This document shows, one piece after another, positions 9,959 through 19,136 of a stretch of DNA of 64,000 bases. Source of the stretch: Nanobdellota archaeon (GTDB lineage: Archaea > Nanobdellota > Nanobdellia > Woesearchaeales > ARS49); the NCBI GenBank assembly GCA_041305185.1, contig JBFYLW010000003.1, forward strand, positions 2,692 to 66,691. The letters are read 5' to 3'. Under the pieces are notes generated by a model. The model was not told the DNA's origin. It worked only from the letters and a program-made list of their open reading frames with translations, and ran no database searches. Each line of letters begins with the position of its first letter. Position 1 is the stretch's first letter. Both the position numbers and the translations under genes were made by a program.

Positions 9959-11139
9959 GTCTGGATGATTTGAAGATAAAAGGAAGAACTAAATCCTTGT
10001 GGTGGTTGAAAGACAAGTTTAGAAAGTACAAGGCTCCGGTAGTTGCGACTGTGCTTGCTGGCGCTTTGGGCTTGTATGGGTTGGTAAGCAGTTACAGGGC
10101 TGCTGTATATAAGAACGGGCTTTTTGAAAATTATAATTCTGTTAAAGTTATGATTGAGGAAAAAAGGTATGATGCTGCATTGGATTTGCTGACTATATTG
10201 AAAGAAGAGCTTAAGCAAGCAGATGATGCGAGATTGGTGGGTTTAAGCAAAAATGTTGATAGGCTTGAAAATAGAGTATGTGATGGTAAAATTGGTTTTG
10301 AAGAGGATTTTGAAAAATTAAAAAATTTCTTTGAAGAATATCAAAAGAACAGTGCACGGGCTATTGAGGGGTTTGACTCTTTAGAATCAAGATTCGAGAA
10401 TTATGCGAAAAGTTATCAGGAAGATAATCAGGAATTCCAATGTTTGAAAAAAGAATTTGAAGAATTTAAAAAAAGAATCTGCGAGAGTCAGATACGTTTA
10501 GATAGATTGGAAACTGATTTGATTGAAACCAGGCAAAAAAGAGAGTCTAGGTTGGATTTAGGTCAAACATTTTATTCGGACGATTTTTCCAAAGATAAAG
10601 GTTGGTTGTTGGGAATTATAGACAGCAGTTTGGGAAAGGATGCGTGTAGTTATAACATTTCCAATGGAACTCTTACTTTGACTGCTGGCTGGTCTTCGTG
10701 TCCTCTTGCATTAGTGGACAAGTCTGTTAAAAATGCAATTATTGAGGTTGATGCTCAATTGGTCAGTTCTTCTTATAAGTCAGAGTTGGTTTGTGCAGGG
10801 ATTTGCGTTAGGGTTCCTGAAGGTGATTTGAGGAATATGCGCGATATGTGTGGTTTTAACATTCGTTCTGGTGTTGGTGAAAAGAATACTTTGTTCAGCA
10901 GGAATGGTTCCAAGAGTATGGGTAAGAGCACATTTGCTCCAAATATTGAGATAGGGAAGTGGTACCATCTTAAAATGGACGTGTATGACACTCATGTTCA
11001 ATGTTATATTGATGATAACCTTATTTTTGATGAGGTTCTGCCAGAAGGGAGTATTCCTGAAAAAGGCAGGGTGGGTTTTTACTGTAATGGTTCTGAGATT
11101 AGCAGGTATGACAATTTTAAACTTATTTTGAGGAACTGA
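9955..11139 (+). CDS. membrane-anchored coiled-coil protein with C-terminal concanavalin/LamG-like (DUF1080-type) domain
   Basis: Shares N-terminal module 'MSLDDLKIKGRTKSLWWLKDK'+TM with flanking genes; C-terminus '...KGRVGFYCNGSEISRYDNFKLIL' resembles end of 3-keto-disaccharide-hydrolase/DUF1080 lectin fold. Confidence 0.45.
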   Translation: MSLDDLKIKGRTKSLWWLKDKFRKYKAPVVATVLAGALGLYGLVSSYRAAVYKNGLFENYNSVKVMIEEKRYDAALDLLTILKEELKQADDARLVGLSKNVDRLENRVCDGKIGFEEDFEKLKNFFEEYQKNSARAIEGFDSLESRFENYAKSYQEDNQEFQCLKKEFEEFKKRICESQIRLDRLETDLIETRQKRESRLDLGQTFYSDDFSKDKGWLLGIIDSSLGKDACSYNISNGTLTLTAGWSSCPLALVDKSVKNAIIEVDAQLVSSSYKSELVCAGICVRVPEGDLRNMRDMCGFNIRSGVGEKNTLFSRNGSKSMGKSTFAPNIEIGKWYHLKMDVYDTHVQCYIDDNLIFDEVLPEGSIPEKGRVGFYCNGSEISRYDNFKLILRN

Positions 11140-11140
11140 A

Positions 11141-12073
11141 ATGAGCTTGAAGCAGGATTTGCATGAATTGAAAATTTATGGGAGGCCGCGAATAAGCTGG
11201 TGGCTGAAAAAGCATTCAAAAAACCTATTAAAGACAGCTGCTTCAATTTCTCTGCTTGCTTGTGCTCTTTACGTTTCAATGGGGTTTTATTATTCTAAAA
11301 AAGCAGTATCGGAAAAAATCTATGCTTTGGAGCAGATGGTTAGGGAAAATATAGACAACACTGTGCTGAAGGAGGAGGGCTTGATTGCTTTTGTTTCTAA
11401 CAGGGATGGTAATGATGAGATTTATTTGATGAACTACAATGGAAAAAACCAAAAAAGACTGACTTTCAACACTACCTTTGATGGCGACCCTGCTATCTCC
11501 CCTGACAAGAAGACGATTGCTTATGCTTCCTGCGCTAATGGAAACTTGGATATTTTTCTTATGGATATGTACGGGTTAGCTCGTCAGCAGATTACCAAGG
11601 ATAGTTCGAACGAAAAGAATCCTGAATGGTCGCCTTGCGGTTCATATCTTCTTTTTGAAAGTGACAGAGGAAAGGGATGGGGAATTGATAAGATTGATCT
11701 TGCAACAAAAAATGTCAGTGAATTCTTAGATGGTGGTACAAATGATATTAATCCTAAAATATCGCCCAATGGAGTGTATCTTGCTTATAATATTGGCAGT
11801 TGTTCTATAGTGTGTAATTGCAGAACTAGGATTACAAAAGATTGTGAATCATCAACGAATATTTTCAACCCTTACTGGTCAAAAGATAGTTCTTCTTGTA
11901 ATTTTACAGATGATCCTAATGTGATTATGGTGTATACGCCAATAGGAGATAGGACTGTTTTTAACAAAAAAGTGAATGGAAATTGGCAGATATTTATCAA
12001 AGACAATGGAAATGGCAGTGAAACCCAGCTGACAAACACTGATTCAAATAATTATATGCCGGATTGCAGGTGA
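11141..12073 (+). CDS. membrane-anchored TolB-like (PD40) beta-propeller repeat protein
   Basis: N-terminal module 'MSLKQDLHELKIYGRPRISWWLKK'+TM; repeats 'DGNDEIYLMNYNGKNQKRLTFNTTFDGDPAISPDKKTIAY', 'NPEWSPCGSYLLFESDRG', 'NPKISPNGVYLAY' typical PD40/TolB blades. Confidence 0.6.
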   Translation: MSLKQDLHELKIYGRPRISWWLKKHSKNLLKTAASISLLACALYVSMGFYYSKKAVSEKIYALEQMVRENIDNTVLKEEGLIAFVSNRDGNDEIYLMNYNGKNQKRLTFNTTFDGDPAISPDKKTIAYASCANGNLDIFLMDMYGLARQQITKDSSNEKNPEWSPCGSYLLFESDRGKGWGIDKIDLATKNVSEFLDGGTNDINPKISPNGVYLAYNIGSCSIVCNCRTRITKDCESSTNIFNPYWSKDSSSCNFTDDPNVIMVYTPIGDRTVFNKKVNGNWQIFIKDNGNGSETQLTNTDSNNYMPDCR

Positions 12074-12077
12074 AAAA

Positions 12078-12530
12078 ATGCTAACCCCTAAAGACTTGGA
12101 AATAATCTCTCATTTGAGGCAGAATTCAAGGAAGTCTCTTGTTGACATATCAAATGATACAAAAGTGCCTACGAGTACTGTGTTTGACAAGTTGAAGTGC
12201 TTTAATGATGGTGTGATTAAGAAGTATACTGCGATTGTGGATTTTCCATTGATTGGCTATAATATTCGGGTTTTTATGATGTTGAAGTCTTCTGATGAGG
12301 AAAGGCTGAAATGCTTTCTTTTTTCGCATGGTAATGTCAATTCCGTTTTCCAAATTAATAACGGGTATGCTTTTTTTATTGACTGCATATTCAGGGATTC
12401 TAAGGAGTTTTTTTATTTCAGGCAGGAGCTTGACAAGCTTATAGTTTCAAAGCAGGTTTTCAATATTATTGATGAAATCAAGAGGGAGGATTTTTTGGTT
12501 GAGCGAGGTGTAAATAATGAGCGGTCTTGA
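12078..12530 (+). CDS. Lrp/AsnC-family transcriptional regulator
   Basis: 'DLEIISHLRQNSRKSLVDISNDTKVPTSTVFDKLKCF...GVIKKYTAIVDF' HTH_AsnC + RAM domain; 150 aa. Confidence 0.7.
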   Translation: MLTPKDLEIISHLRQNSRKSLVDISNDTKVPTSTVFDKLKCFNDGVIKKYTAIVDFPLIGYNIRVFMMLKSSDEERLKCFLFSHGNVNSVFQINNGYAFFIDCIFRDSKEFFYFRQELDKLIVSKQVFNIIDEIKREDFLVERGVNNERS

Positions 12531-13203
12531 GAAAGATATTGAAACGCTTGAAAGGGAAGTGCAGGAGTTGAAGAATCAGGTTGCTGTTCGTGAAAACGTG
12601 CAGGCTGAGTCTAAAAGAGCTGAAGAAGAGGCGAGGCGTGCTGTTGAAATGGAAAAAGAACGGCAGGCAAGAATGCAGCTGCTTCAAGAAGAGAGGAAAT
12701 TGCTGAAGATTAAGCTTAAGATGCCTGAGATTCAGAAAGAGATTTTTGCTTATATAAAAAGAGAGGGATCAAGCGCTTATCAGACTATTATTGAAGCAGG
12801 AAAAAGATATGCCTGGCGTGATTCTGATAAGGACAGCATAAATCAGGTTGTTGAATTCTTGGAAAAAAATCTGGCTGAAATTAACAGGCTGGTTTTTGAT
12901 GAAAAACTGGCGATTCAGCCAGTATACAGGCCGGTTCCGAATAAGGGTTCTTCTTGGATAGTTGCTGAAGGCGTACTGCAATATGAGAGTATAGGATATT
13001 CTTATCTTTCTGGCTCGATTGAGGTTCCTGGAAAGTGCATTGAGGGTGCTACTAAACGCCTTTCAACAGGCGACGAATTGACATTTTACCTTAACCCGAA
13101 AATTTCTGATTTTTGCAGCAAGGTTGGAATTGCGCTTCCTGTTTGTTTTAATTCATTCTTTAAATTTGTTCAGAAAACCAAAGAAAAATATTGTAAAGAT
13201 TAA
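12517..13203 (+). CDS. coiled-coil hypothetical protein
   Basis: N-terminal E/R/K-rich heptad-like region; overlaps upstream gene by 14 nt. Confidence 0.35.
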   Translation: MSGLEKDIETLEREVQELKNQVAVRENVQAESKRAEEEARRAVEMEKERQARMQLLQEERKLLKIKLKMPEIQKEIFAYIKREGSSAYQTIIEAGKRYAWRDSDKDSINQVVEFLEKNLAEINRLVFDEKLAIQPVYRPVPNKGSSWIVAEGVLQYESIGYSYLSGSIEVPGKCIEGATKRLSTGDELTFYLNPKISDFCSKVGIALPVCFNSFFKFVQKTKEKYCKD

Positions 13204-13244
13204 GTACTGGAAACCTTTATAATCTTATTTATTTTAATTCATTT

Positions 13245-13655
13245 ATGCGCTACAACAAACTCATTCCAGAGCTTAGTGTGTCTGATTTCAACAAGAGTCT
13301 GGACTTTTACACCAAAATCCTGAATTTCAAAATAGAATATGCGCGAGAATTGTTTGCATTCCTATCCTTGGAAGGCAGTCAGTTGATGATTGATGGTAAG
13401 AACGAGTCTGGTCCTTGGTTTACTGGTAAATTAGAGTATCCGAGGGGTAGAGGCATTCATTTGCAGTTGGAAGTTAAGGATGTTCTTTCTGTGCTGAAGC
13501 GTCTTGAAGCGCATAATTATCCTGTTAAGGAGTCTCTTAAAGAGTACTGGTTCAGAAAGAACAATGAATTAGTTGGCGTAAAAGGTTTTCTTGTTATGGA
13601 TCCTGATGGTTATTTGTTGATGTTTAATGAGGATATTGGGAGAAAGCCGGTGTAG
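13245..13655 (+). CDS. glyoxalase/bleomycin-resistance (VOC) fold protein
   Basis: 136 aa; pattern 'ELSVSDFNKSLDFYTKILNFKI...GIHLQLEV...GFLVMDPDGYLLMF' matches VOC beta-alpha-beta-beta-beta modules. Confidence 0.55.
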   Translation: MRYNKLIPELSVSDFNKSLDFYTKILNFKIEYARELFAFLSLEGSQLMIDGKNESGPWFTGKLEYPRGRGIHLQLEVKDVLSVLKRLEAHNYPVKESLKEYWFRKNNELVGVKGFLVMDPDGYLLMFNEDIGRKPV

Positions 13656-13656
13656 T

Positions 13657-14007
13657 ATGGACCTTGAAACTCTTGAGAACGCGTTAAAAAACTGCTGGAG
13701 CAGGGATACTTGTTATCTTCCTATGCGTAAGGACTGGTCTGAGAAGAATCCTGCTTATGGTCAGTGTCATTGTACTGTTTTGGTTGTTAATGATTTTTTT
13801 GGTGGTAAGATCTTGAAATACGTTTTCAAAGATGGTACTGGTCATTATTCTAATTATATCAACGGAAAAGAAGTTGATTTCACAAGGTGCCAGTTTGACA
13901 ATAACGAGGTTTTCCCTGAGCCTGAGATTATGGAAAGGGAGGGTACTAAAGACACTCCTGAGTATTTTCTTTTGAAGAAAAAGGTTGAAGAATTTTTAAA
14001 AAAGTAA
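13657..14007 (+). CDS. hypothetical protein
   Basis: Start re-assigned to ATG just after the upstream stop; no motif recognised. Confidence 0.3.
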   Translation: MDLETLENALKNCWSRDTCYLPMRKDWSEKNPAYGQCHCTVLVVNDFFGGKILKYVFKDGTGHYSNYINGKEVDFTRCQFDNNEVFPEPEIMEREGTKDTPEYFLLKKKVEEFLKK

Positions 14008-14017
14008 AATAAAAAAT

Positions 14018-14227
14018 TTACTTCATGTGTCTGACTTCTTTGAACAGTTTGTATGCGTACAGCCAGACTGCTACGGTGATTCCCACCATTAATGCTGTTA
14101 ACAATATGTGTTGGAATCCGCCGTATGGTTTTTGCATCATCTCTGTTCCCATTGCTCTTCCGTATTCTCCTGTCTGTGCTAGTGCAGAGCCTGCTGCCAG
14201 TAGACTTGCTAGTAGAATCTTCTTCAT
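14018..14227 (-). CDS. small secreted/membrane protein
   Basis: Signal-like N-terminus 'MKKILLASLLAAGSALA' and C-terminal TM helix; 69 aa. Confidence 0.3.
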   Translation of the reverse strand: MKKILLASLLAAGSALAQTGEYGRAMGTEMMQKPYGGFQHILLTALMVGITVAVWLYAYKLFKEVRHMK

Positions 14228-14325
14228 ATTATCACCTCTTTAGGTCATATTTTGTCTTATTTTTATTTAAATGTTTGGAAACATTTTGGGAATGTTTATA
14301 TTATTGGTGTGTTGCCGTGATTTGT

Positions 14326-14961
14326 ATGAATGTGAAAATTATTTTGCTGTTGTTTTTGTTGGCTTCCTGTAGTCCGCCTGATCCTGATGCAGGATTGTCG
14401 ATGGGTCAGATAGCTGAAAGGCAGATTATTGAGACCAGGTCTAATTGTTCTGTTCACGTTGATGATTATAATTCAACTTTATGTTTTGCAAATTATTTGA
14501 TGAATTTCAGGAAATCTGCGCTTGAGTCTGATCGTTCTTATCCTGATTATATGATTGATACTTTTTGTTCGGCTGCGAAAGTGCGTGACTTGTGCTTTTT
14601 TTATGTTGCTGCGACCATTAAAAAAAGTGAGCTTTGTAAGCATGTCGTTGCCGATAAAAGAATTGAATGCCGCATGTTGTCTGATGATTATGTCTGTTAT
14701 TCTTTTAAGAATAAATTTGACTGTATGGTGAATAAGGCGATTTTTATGGAATTTGTTGACCATTCAAAATCTGTTGAAATCCGCAGGTATTTGGCTGAGC
14801 AGAACCAGTCTGTTGAAAAGCTTGAAGAAAACTGTGAGGCGCTCTCAGCTCATTTGAAAGACGATAATCTGTCTTATGAAGAAAGATTTTTGAAAGCATA
14901 TTTGCTATTACGGTATTATGATATTGATGTGGATTTTATTAATGCAAGTCAGCTTGTTTGA
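14326..14961 (+). CDS. Cys-rich secreted lipoprotein, paralog of 2577..3374 and 15429..16064
   Basis: Start re-assigned to ATG 14326 ('MNVKIILLLFLLASCSPP' lipobox); motifs 'NSTLCFANY', 'DLCFFYVAAT' shared with paralogs; the 14092 start would run through an antisense gene. Confidence 0.55.
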   Translation: MNVKIILLLFLLASCSPPDPDAGLSMGQIAERQIIETRSNCSVHVDDYNSTLCFANYLMNFRKSALESDRSYPDYMIDTFCSAAKVRDLCFFYVAATIKKSELCKHVVADKRIECRMLSDDYVCYSFKNKFDCMVNKAIFMEFVDHSKSVEIRRYLAEQNQSVEKLEENCEALSAHLKDDNLSYEERFLKAYLLLRYYDIDVDFINASQLV

Positions 14962-15053
14962 TTTTTTATTTGTTGCAGTTAATTTGTATCTGCAACTTTA
15001 AAAAATTCCAACTATTGCTATTAATACTCTGCCCCTTGGGTCGGTTGGATTTT

Positions 15054-15302
15054 TTATTTTCCCCATCTGGAGAAATAAATTATTCCTATGACGCATATGA
15101 CTGTTGCGATTACTGCTGTAGCTAGCTGTAATAGCCATCCTGTTCCTGTTAGTCCCATCATTTCAATTATTTTTGCGACTGCTGACTTTATGAAATCGTT
15201 CCACGTCAGTGCTATTACGAATGCGAATGCTCCTGCTATGGCTATTCCTATCTGTGCTTTCACCCGGTTTTTGAATTCTTTTGCTTGTTCTATTGTTTTC
15301 AT
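15054..15302 (-). CDS. small two-TM membrane protein
   Basis: 82 aa with two hydrophobic helices (GIAIAGAFAFVIAL; LLQLATAVIATVICVIGIIYF). Confidence 0.35.
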   Translation of the reverse strand: MKTIEQAKEFKNRVKAQIGIAIAGAFAFVIALTWNDFIKSAVAKIIEMMGLTGTGWLLQLATAVIATVICVIGIIYFSRWGK

Positions 15303-15428
15303 GTCCGGTATTTCTTGATTTTTGTTTAAAAACCTTTCTCGTAAACTTTCCAGTTGTATTGGAAATATTGTAAACTTTACATTTGAGTGGCGTTAGCTTT
15401 AAAAACAGGAAAAATAGACGGTGATTAG

Positions 15429-16064
15429 GTGGTTGCTATGAAAAAAATGATTTTATTGTTGGCATTGATTTTGCTTGTTGGCTGCAGTCAGCCTGAGATT
15501 GAAGAAATTGATGATGAGCTTGAGCAGAGCAGGAAACTGCTTTTGGAGGCGGAGATTAATGAGTCTTTGAGTTTTTGCTCTTATGAAACTGATGAGTTTA
15601 ACAATACTTTTTGTTTTGCCGAGAAGGCTGTTTATTTTAAGGAGCAGGATGTAAAATATCCTTTTGATGTTGTTAAGCGTTTTTGTGGTGCTTCCAACGA
15701 TTCTGACATGTGTTATTTTTATGTGGCTATGAATACGGGTGATGTTTCTCTTTGTATTAACGTTAAGGACAAGATTGGTTGTACTTTGGTTTCAAATGAC
15801 AGGTTCTGTTATACGATGTCAAACAGGGAGGAGTGTTTGATGACTCAGGCTTTTATGCTTCAGTTTGTTGATTTGAATAAATCAGCTGAAATATGCAGTT
15901 CTCTGCCTCAGAAGTATCGGGTTGAGAGTGAGGATGATCTTTCTTGTGCTGATATTGATTTTGAGCCGGAGGAAATGAATGTTTCGAATCGCAGCAGGTT
16001 TTTGATGACTTATGTGCTTTCTGAGATTGCTGAGTTTGAGGTTGAGAAGGTCAGAAGAAGATGA
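15429..16064 (+). CDS. Cys-rich secreted lipoprotein, paralog of 2577..3374
   Basis: Lipobox 'LLVGCSQP'; motifs 'NNTFCFAEKAVYF', 'SDMCYFYVAMN', 'VKDKIGCTLVSNDRFCY' align with 'NSTFCFAEYGVNL', 'SNFCYFYAAVM', 'VKDKTGCELISDPLFCN' of the 2577 gene. Confidence 0.6.
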   Translation: MVAMKKMILLLALILLVGCSQPEIEEIDDELEQSRKLLLEAEINESLSFCSYETDEFNNTFCFAEKAVYFKEQDVKYPFDVVKRFCGASNDSDMCYFYVAMNTGDVSLCINVKDKIGCTLVSNDRFCYTMSNREECLMTQAFMLQFVDLNKSAEICSSLPQKYRVESEDDLSCADIDFEPEEMNVSNRSRFLMTYVLSEIAEFEVEKVRRR

Positions 16065-16225
16065 ATAAGACTAAAATTCTGATAAAGCTGGGTTTGATTG
16101 GCCTTGTTGTTGTTATTATGCTTTTTTCAGTTGAGAGCCAGATTGCGACTATGCATAGTTTTTTTGGCGGTATTGCCGCCGTATTCTGGCTGGTGATTGG
16201 CGTTCTCAGGGAGTTATTTGCCTAA
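16061..16225 (+). CDS. small TM protein, paralog of 3361..3579 (not in ORF track, 54 aa)
   Basis: ATG 16061 overlaps upstream TGA (ATGA); translation MNKTKILIKLGLIGLVVVIMLFSVESQIATMHSFFGGIAAVFWLVIGVLRELFA. Confidence 0.45.
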   Translation: MNKTKILIKLGLIGLVVVIMLFSVESQIATMHSFFGGIAAVFWLVIGVLRELFA

Positions 16226-16704
16226 TTGGAATATTTTGTTGATTCTTCCTGTAGAAGTTTGCTTTGGTATAGAAGGTTGGCTTTTCTCGTGTTCATTTCG
16301 TCGTTTATTGAGTAATCAAAGCATTTCTTGTAGTGCGGGTATTGATTGTGGAGTACTCTGTTTTTTTCATAGAGGTCTAGTGAGCGGAGGAAGGACATTC
16401 TCCATGCTTTGTACGTTTCTTCTCCTGTTTGATTGTAATACTTGTTTTTGAGGGTTTCTGTGTTTTCTGTTGACTGGCTTAGCTCTTGTCTATAGTCTGA
16501 AAACAGGCTTTTTATGTCTTCCCTGTCGCAGTCTGCGTGCAGTGGAGGTTCGTAGAATATGTTCAATGCAAACCTGCCGAAGGTGTTCAGTAGCGGTGCG
16601 AGTATGATGAATCCTATTATCATGAAGATTATTCCTTGCGTTTTTGATACTTTTCTGTTTCCCTGGTAATATTTTGTTGTGTTGTATGTTTTTTTGATTT
16701 TCAT
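16222..16704 (-). CDS. membrane hypothetical protein
   Basis: N-terminal TM helix 'GIIFMIIGFIILAPLL'; 1-nt spacing to downstream M48 protease gene. Confidence 0.35.
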   Translation of the reverse strand: MKIKKTYNTTKYYQGNRKVSKTQGIIFMIIGFIILAPLLNTFGRFALNIFYEPPLHADCDREDIKSLFSDYRQELSQSTENTETLKNKYYNQTGEETYKAWRMSFLRSLDLYEKNRVLHNQYPHYKKCFDYSINDEMNTRKANLLYQSKLLQEESTKYSN

Positions 16705-16705
16705 T

Positions 16706-17734
16706 TTACGACTCGTGTACGTGTGCTTTCATGAATTGTACTAGGTATGCCATTTTCATTGTCAATAGGTTGCTTGCTTCTTTTTCGTATTTTTCCTGTT
16801 CGTTGAATATTTCAGGCAGTTCTGTGTCGATATCGAATTTGACTTTTTTGATGTTGAGGATTTCCAGTCTTTCGCTTATGCTGGGGTGTGTTGTCCACCA
16901 TGAGCTTTTTGCTGTTAGAACCTGGTCATAGGATTTTTCTATGTTTTTCTCATCATAGGACTGTTTCATGTACTTGTAGATGTTTATCACTTGTTTTTTC
17001 TCTTTCAGGTAGTGGAGGATGTGTTGTGGTACCACGTTTTCGAATATGTTGCTTATTATGCAGTATTTTACCAGTGCGTTGGCGAATTCCTGTTCTCCTA
17101 CAAGGTCTGCTGCGAACCTGTCTGCTCTGTATTCTATTCTTCTGTCATACCATAGTGTGATGAGTGCATAGTATCTTGACAGCAATAAGAAAACCAGATA
17201 TGTTGGTAAATAAAATATTATTGAGATTCCGATTCTGATGTTTTGCTTGTTTATCTCTCTTTGGAGTTCTATGAATCTTTGTATTCTGTACACAAAATAT
17301 CCGAGGACTGTGTCTTTTCTTGCGAAATGCCCGTATTCGTGGACTATTATTGCGGTGATGTCTTTTTCGTCCAGCAGTCTGAGAGCTCCCAGTCCGATTA
17401 TGAGGTCTTTTCTGAAGAGTCCTGTTACTGCTATGTCGCTTTTTTCTGACAGTATTATTTTGTGCGGTCTTTTTAGTCCTGTTTTTTTGGCTACCTGGTC
17501 TATTATCTTGTGTAGTTTTTGTGCGTCTTTTGGCTTGAGCTCGAGTCTGTAGCCTTGCTTGTCTGTTTTGATTGCAAGGTATATTCCGAAAAGTATTGGC
17601 CAGCAGAATAGAAGGAACGTGAAGGTGAATGTGACCAGTAGAAATCCTACTATTATTAGAAATATGAGTATCATGCTGAATCCGAAGAGCAGCATGAATG
17701 CTGAATATGCAAGTTCGAATTTTCCGCTTTCCAT
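16706..17734 (-). CDS. M48-family (HtpX/Ste24-like) zinc metalloprotease, membrane bound
   Basis: HExxH zinc motif 'IIVHEYGHFARKD' flanked by multiple TM helices. Confidence 0.6.
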   Translation of the reverse strand: MESGKFELAYSAFMLLFGFSMILIFLIIVGFLLVTFTFTFLLFCWPILFGIYLAIKTDKQGYRLELKPKDAQKLHKIIDQVAKKTGLKRPHKIILSEKSDIAVTGLFRKDLIIGLGALRLLDEKDITAIIVHEYGHFARKDTVLGYFVYRIQRFIELQREINKQNIRIGISIIFYLPTYLVFLLLSRYYALITLWYDRRIEYRADRFAADLVGEQEFANALVKYCIISNIFENVVPQHILHYLKEKKQVINIYKYMKQSYDEKNIEKSYDQVLTAKSSWWTTHPSISERLEILNIKKVKFDIDTELPEIFNEQEKYEKEASNLLTMKMAYLVQFMKAHVHES

Positions 17735-17838
17735 GTCTTTAAAATATAGGTTGTAGTTAATAAATTTTATCTAAAATCGACGGAAAGTTTACGTTTTTTG
17801 GTAAGCTTTAAATATGGCTGGCTTGAGTTTTTCTTTTT

Positions 17839-18363
17839 ATGGCTTTGAAGAAAAAAGGTCGTTTTGAGGCATTGAAATATGATGCTACGTCAAAACTTCC
17901 TGTTTTGGAGTTCAAGGGAAATCTTGATGTGAATAATGATCATTATGTTGTTTGTGTTGGTCAGGGTTCTGATGGTTCTGTGAGTATTAATCTTGCTCCG
18001 CAGGCAGGGGGATATTTTAATTTTATTTTGTGTCCTAAAGGTCTTGTTGCTATCAGTGATGGCGGGGAGAGGTATCTTTCCAAACAGCAGTTTTTGGAAA
18101 ATGCAGGCATGTCTGATTCTGATGTTTCTGGTTTGGTTAGGATTTTGAAGAGGGAGTCAAAGGCTTTGTTTGGTTCTTCTGCTGAGCACATGCACCCTTG
18201 TTTGGATAAGATGCGTTTGAATCCTTTTGTTTCTGAGTTTAGGGCTGTTTTGCATAAAAAGCTTGAGCCTTTATTTGAGAAGCTTAAGTTGTCCCGTGAT
18301 GACAGGGAGAAGGTCTATAACGCTGCTTTAACTTCTTATTACCAGTTTGAGCGAAGGGTTTGA
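17839..18363 (+). CDS. hypothetical protein
   Basis: 174-aa intact ORF, no motif. Confidence 0.3.
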   Translation: MALKKKGRFEALKYDATSKLPVLEFKGNLDVNNDHYVVCVGQGSDGSVSINLAPQAGGYFNFILCPKGLVAISDGGERYLSKQQFLENAGMSDSDVSGLVRILKRESKALFGSSAEHMHPCLDKMRLNPFVSEFRAVLHKKLEPLFEKLKLSRDDREKVYNAALTSYYQFERRV

Positions 18364-18455
18364 TAGCAACCTTTTTATTCCTTGAAATGATTTTTTCTGC
18401 AAGAGGTGATGTTTATGTCTTGTGGTAAGTGTGGAACTAAGAGAAAGAAGAAGAA

Positions 18456-19136
18456 ATGAAGTGTTCTGTTTTTGTTTTTATTTTGGTTTCTTTGATTGCT
18501 TTAGCTGGTTTGTTGTATTTTCAGTCGGCTGAAGTTGATTGTCATGTCATTCATTCCTGCCCGTCTGAAACCGGTCAGTACGAGTGTGGTGATTTGGGGT
18601 ACTGTCAGCAGTGTCCTGATAACAAGTTTTGCAGGTATGGCAGGCCGTTTAATTATCAGCGTCCTGATGTTTTCATTTTAAGCAGGGGTTTCGGCGTTAC
18701 AGGTTCTTTTTCAGCTTTCCTGCTTGAGTTGAAAGGCGGTATTTCTGATAAGAATGGTCTTCCTTTGTTTTCCAGCAGGGGTAGTGATGCCTGGATTGTT
18801 GATGATGTGCAGAACGTCAGGGTTTCTGCTAATTTGTTCAGTAATATTGTTGCTGTGAATAAGTATGGTAAGGTTGTTGCTTCAGGCACTACTGAGAATA
18901 TTCGTTATTCTTTGAAGTTTCATAGCGATTGGGATCAGGAATCAGAAGTGGACATAATGGTTGGCTTTTATGATGCCTGGCGTCCTGAGAGCAATAAATT
19001 ATATCCGTGCACAAAGCTTAATGTTCAGGATTATGCTAATGACCCTCTTGTCCGCCGCCAGCATTATGCTTTGAAGGATATTGTTTGCGACAGGATTAGT
19101 ATTCTTGAGCGTTTCCAGTCAAGAGGGTTCAGGTAG
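18456..19136 (+). CDS. secreted/membrane-anchored Cys-containing hypothetical protein
   Basis: N-terminal TM/signal 'MKCSVFVFILVSLIALAGLLYF'; Cys cluster. Confidence 0.35.
   Translation: MKCSVFVFILVSLIALAGLLYFQSAEVDCHVIHSCPSETGQYECGDLGYCQQCPDNKFCRYGRPFNYQRPDVFILSRGFGVTGSFSAFLLELKGGISDKNGLPLFSSRGSDAWIVDDVQNVRVSANLFSNIVAVNKYGKVVASGTTENIRYSLKFHSDWDQESEVDIMVGFYDAWRPESNKLYPCTKLNVQDYANDPLVRRQHYALKDIVCDRISILERFQSRGFR

Noticed and set aside
14092-14325. Upstream extension of the lipoprotein ORF to the GTG/ATG at 14092
   Set aside because: It would overlap the convergent small gene 14018..14227 and precede a canonical signal peptide that begins at ATG 14326; the shorter start also makes it co-linear with the 211-aa paralog.
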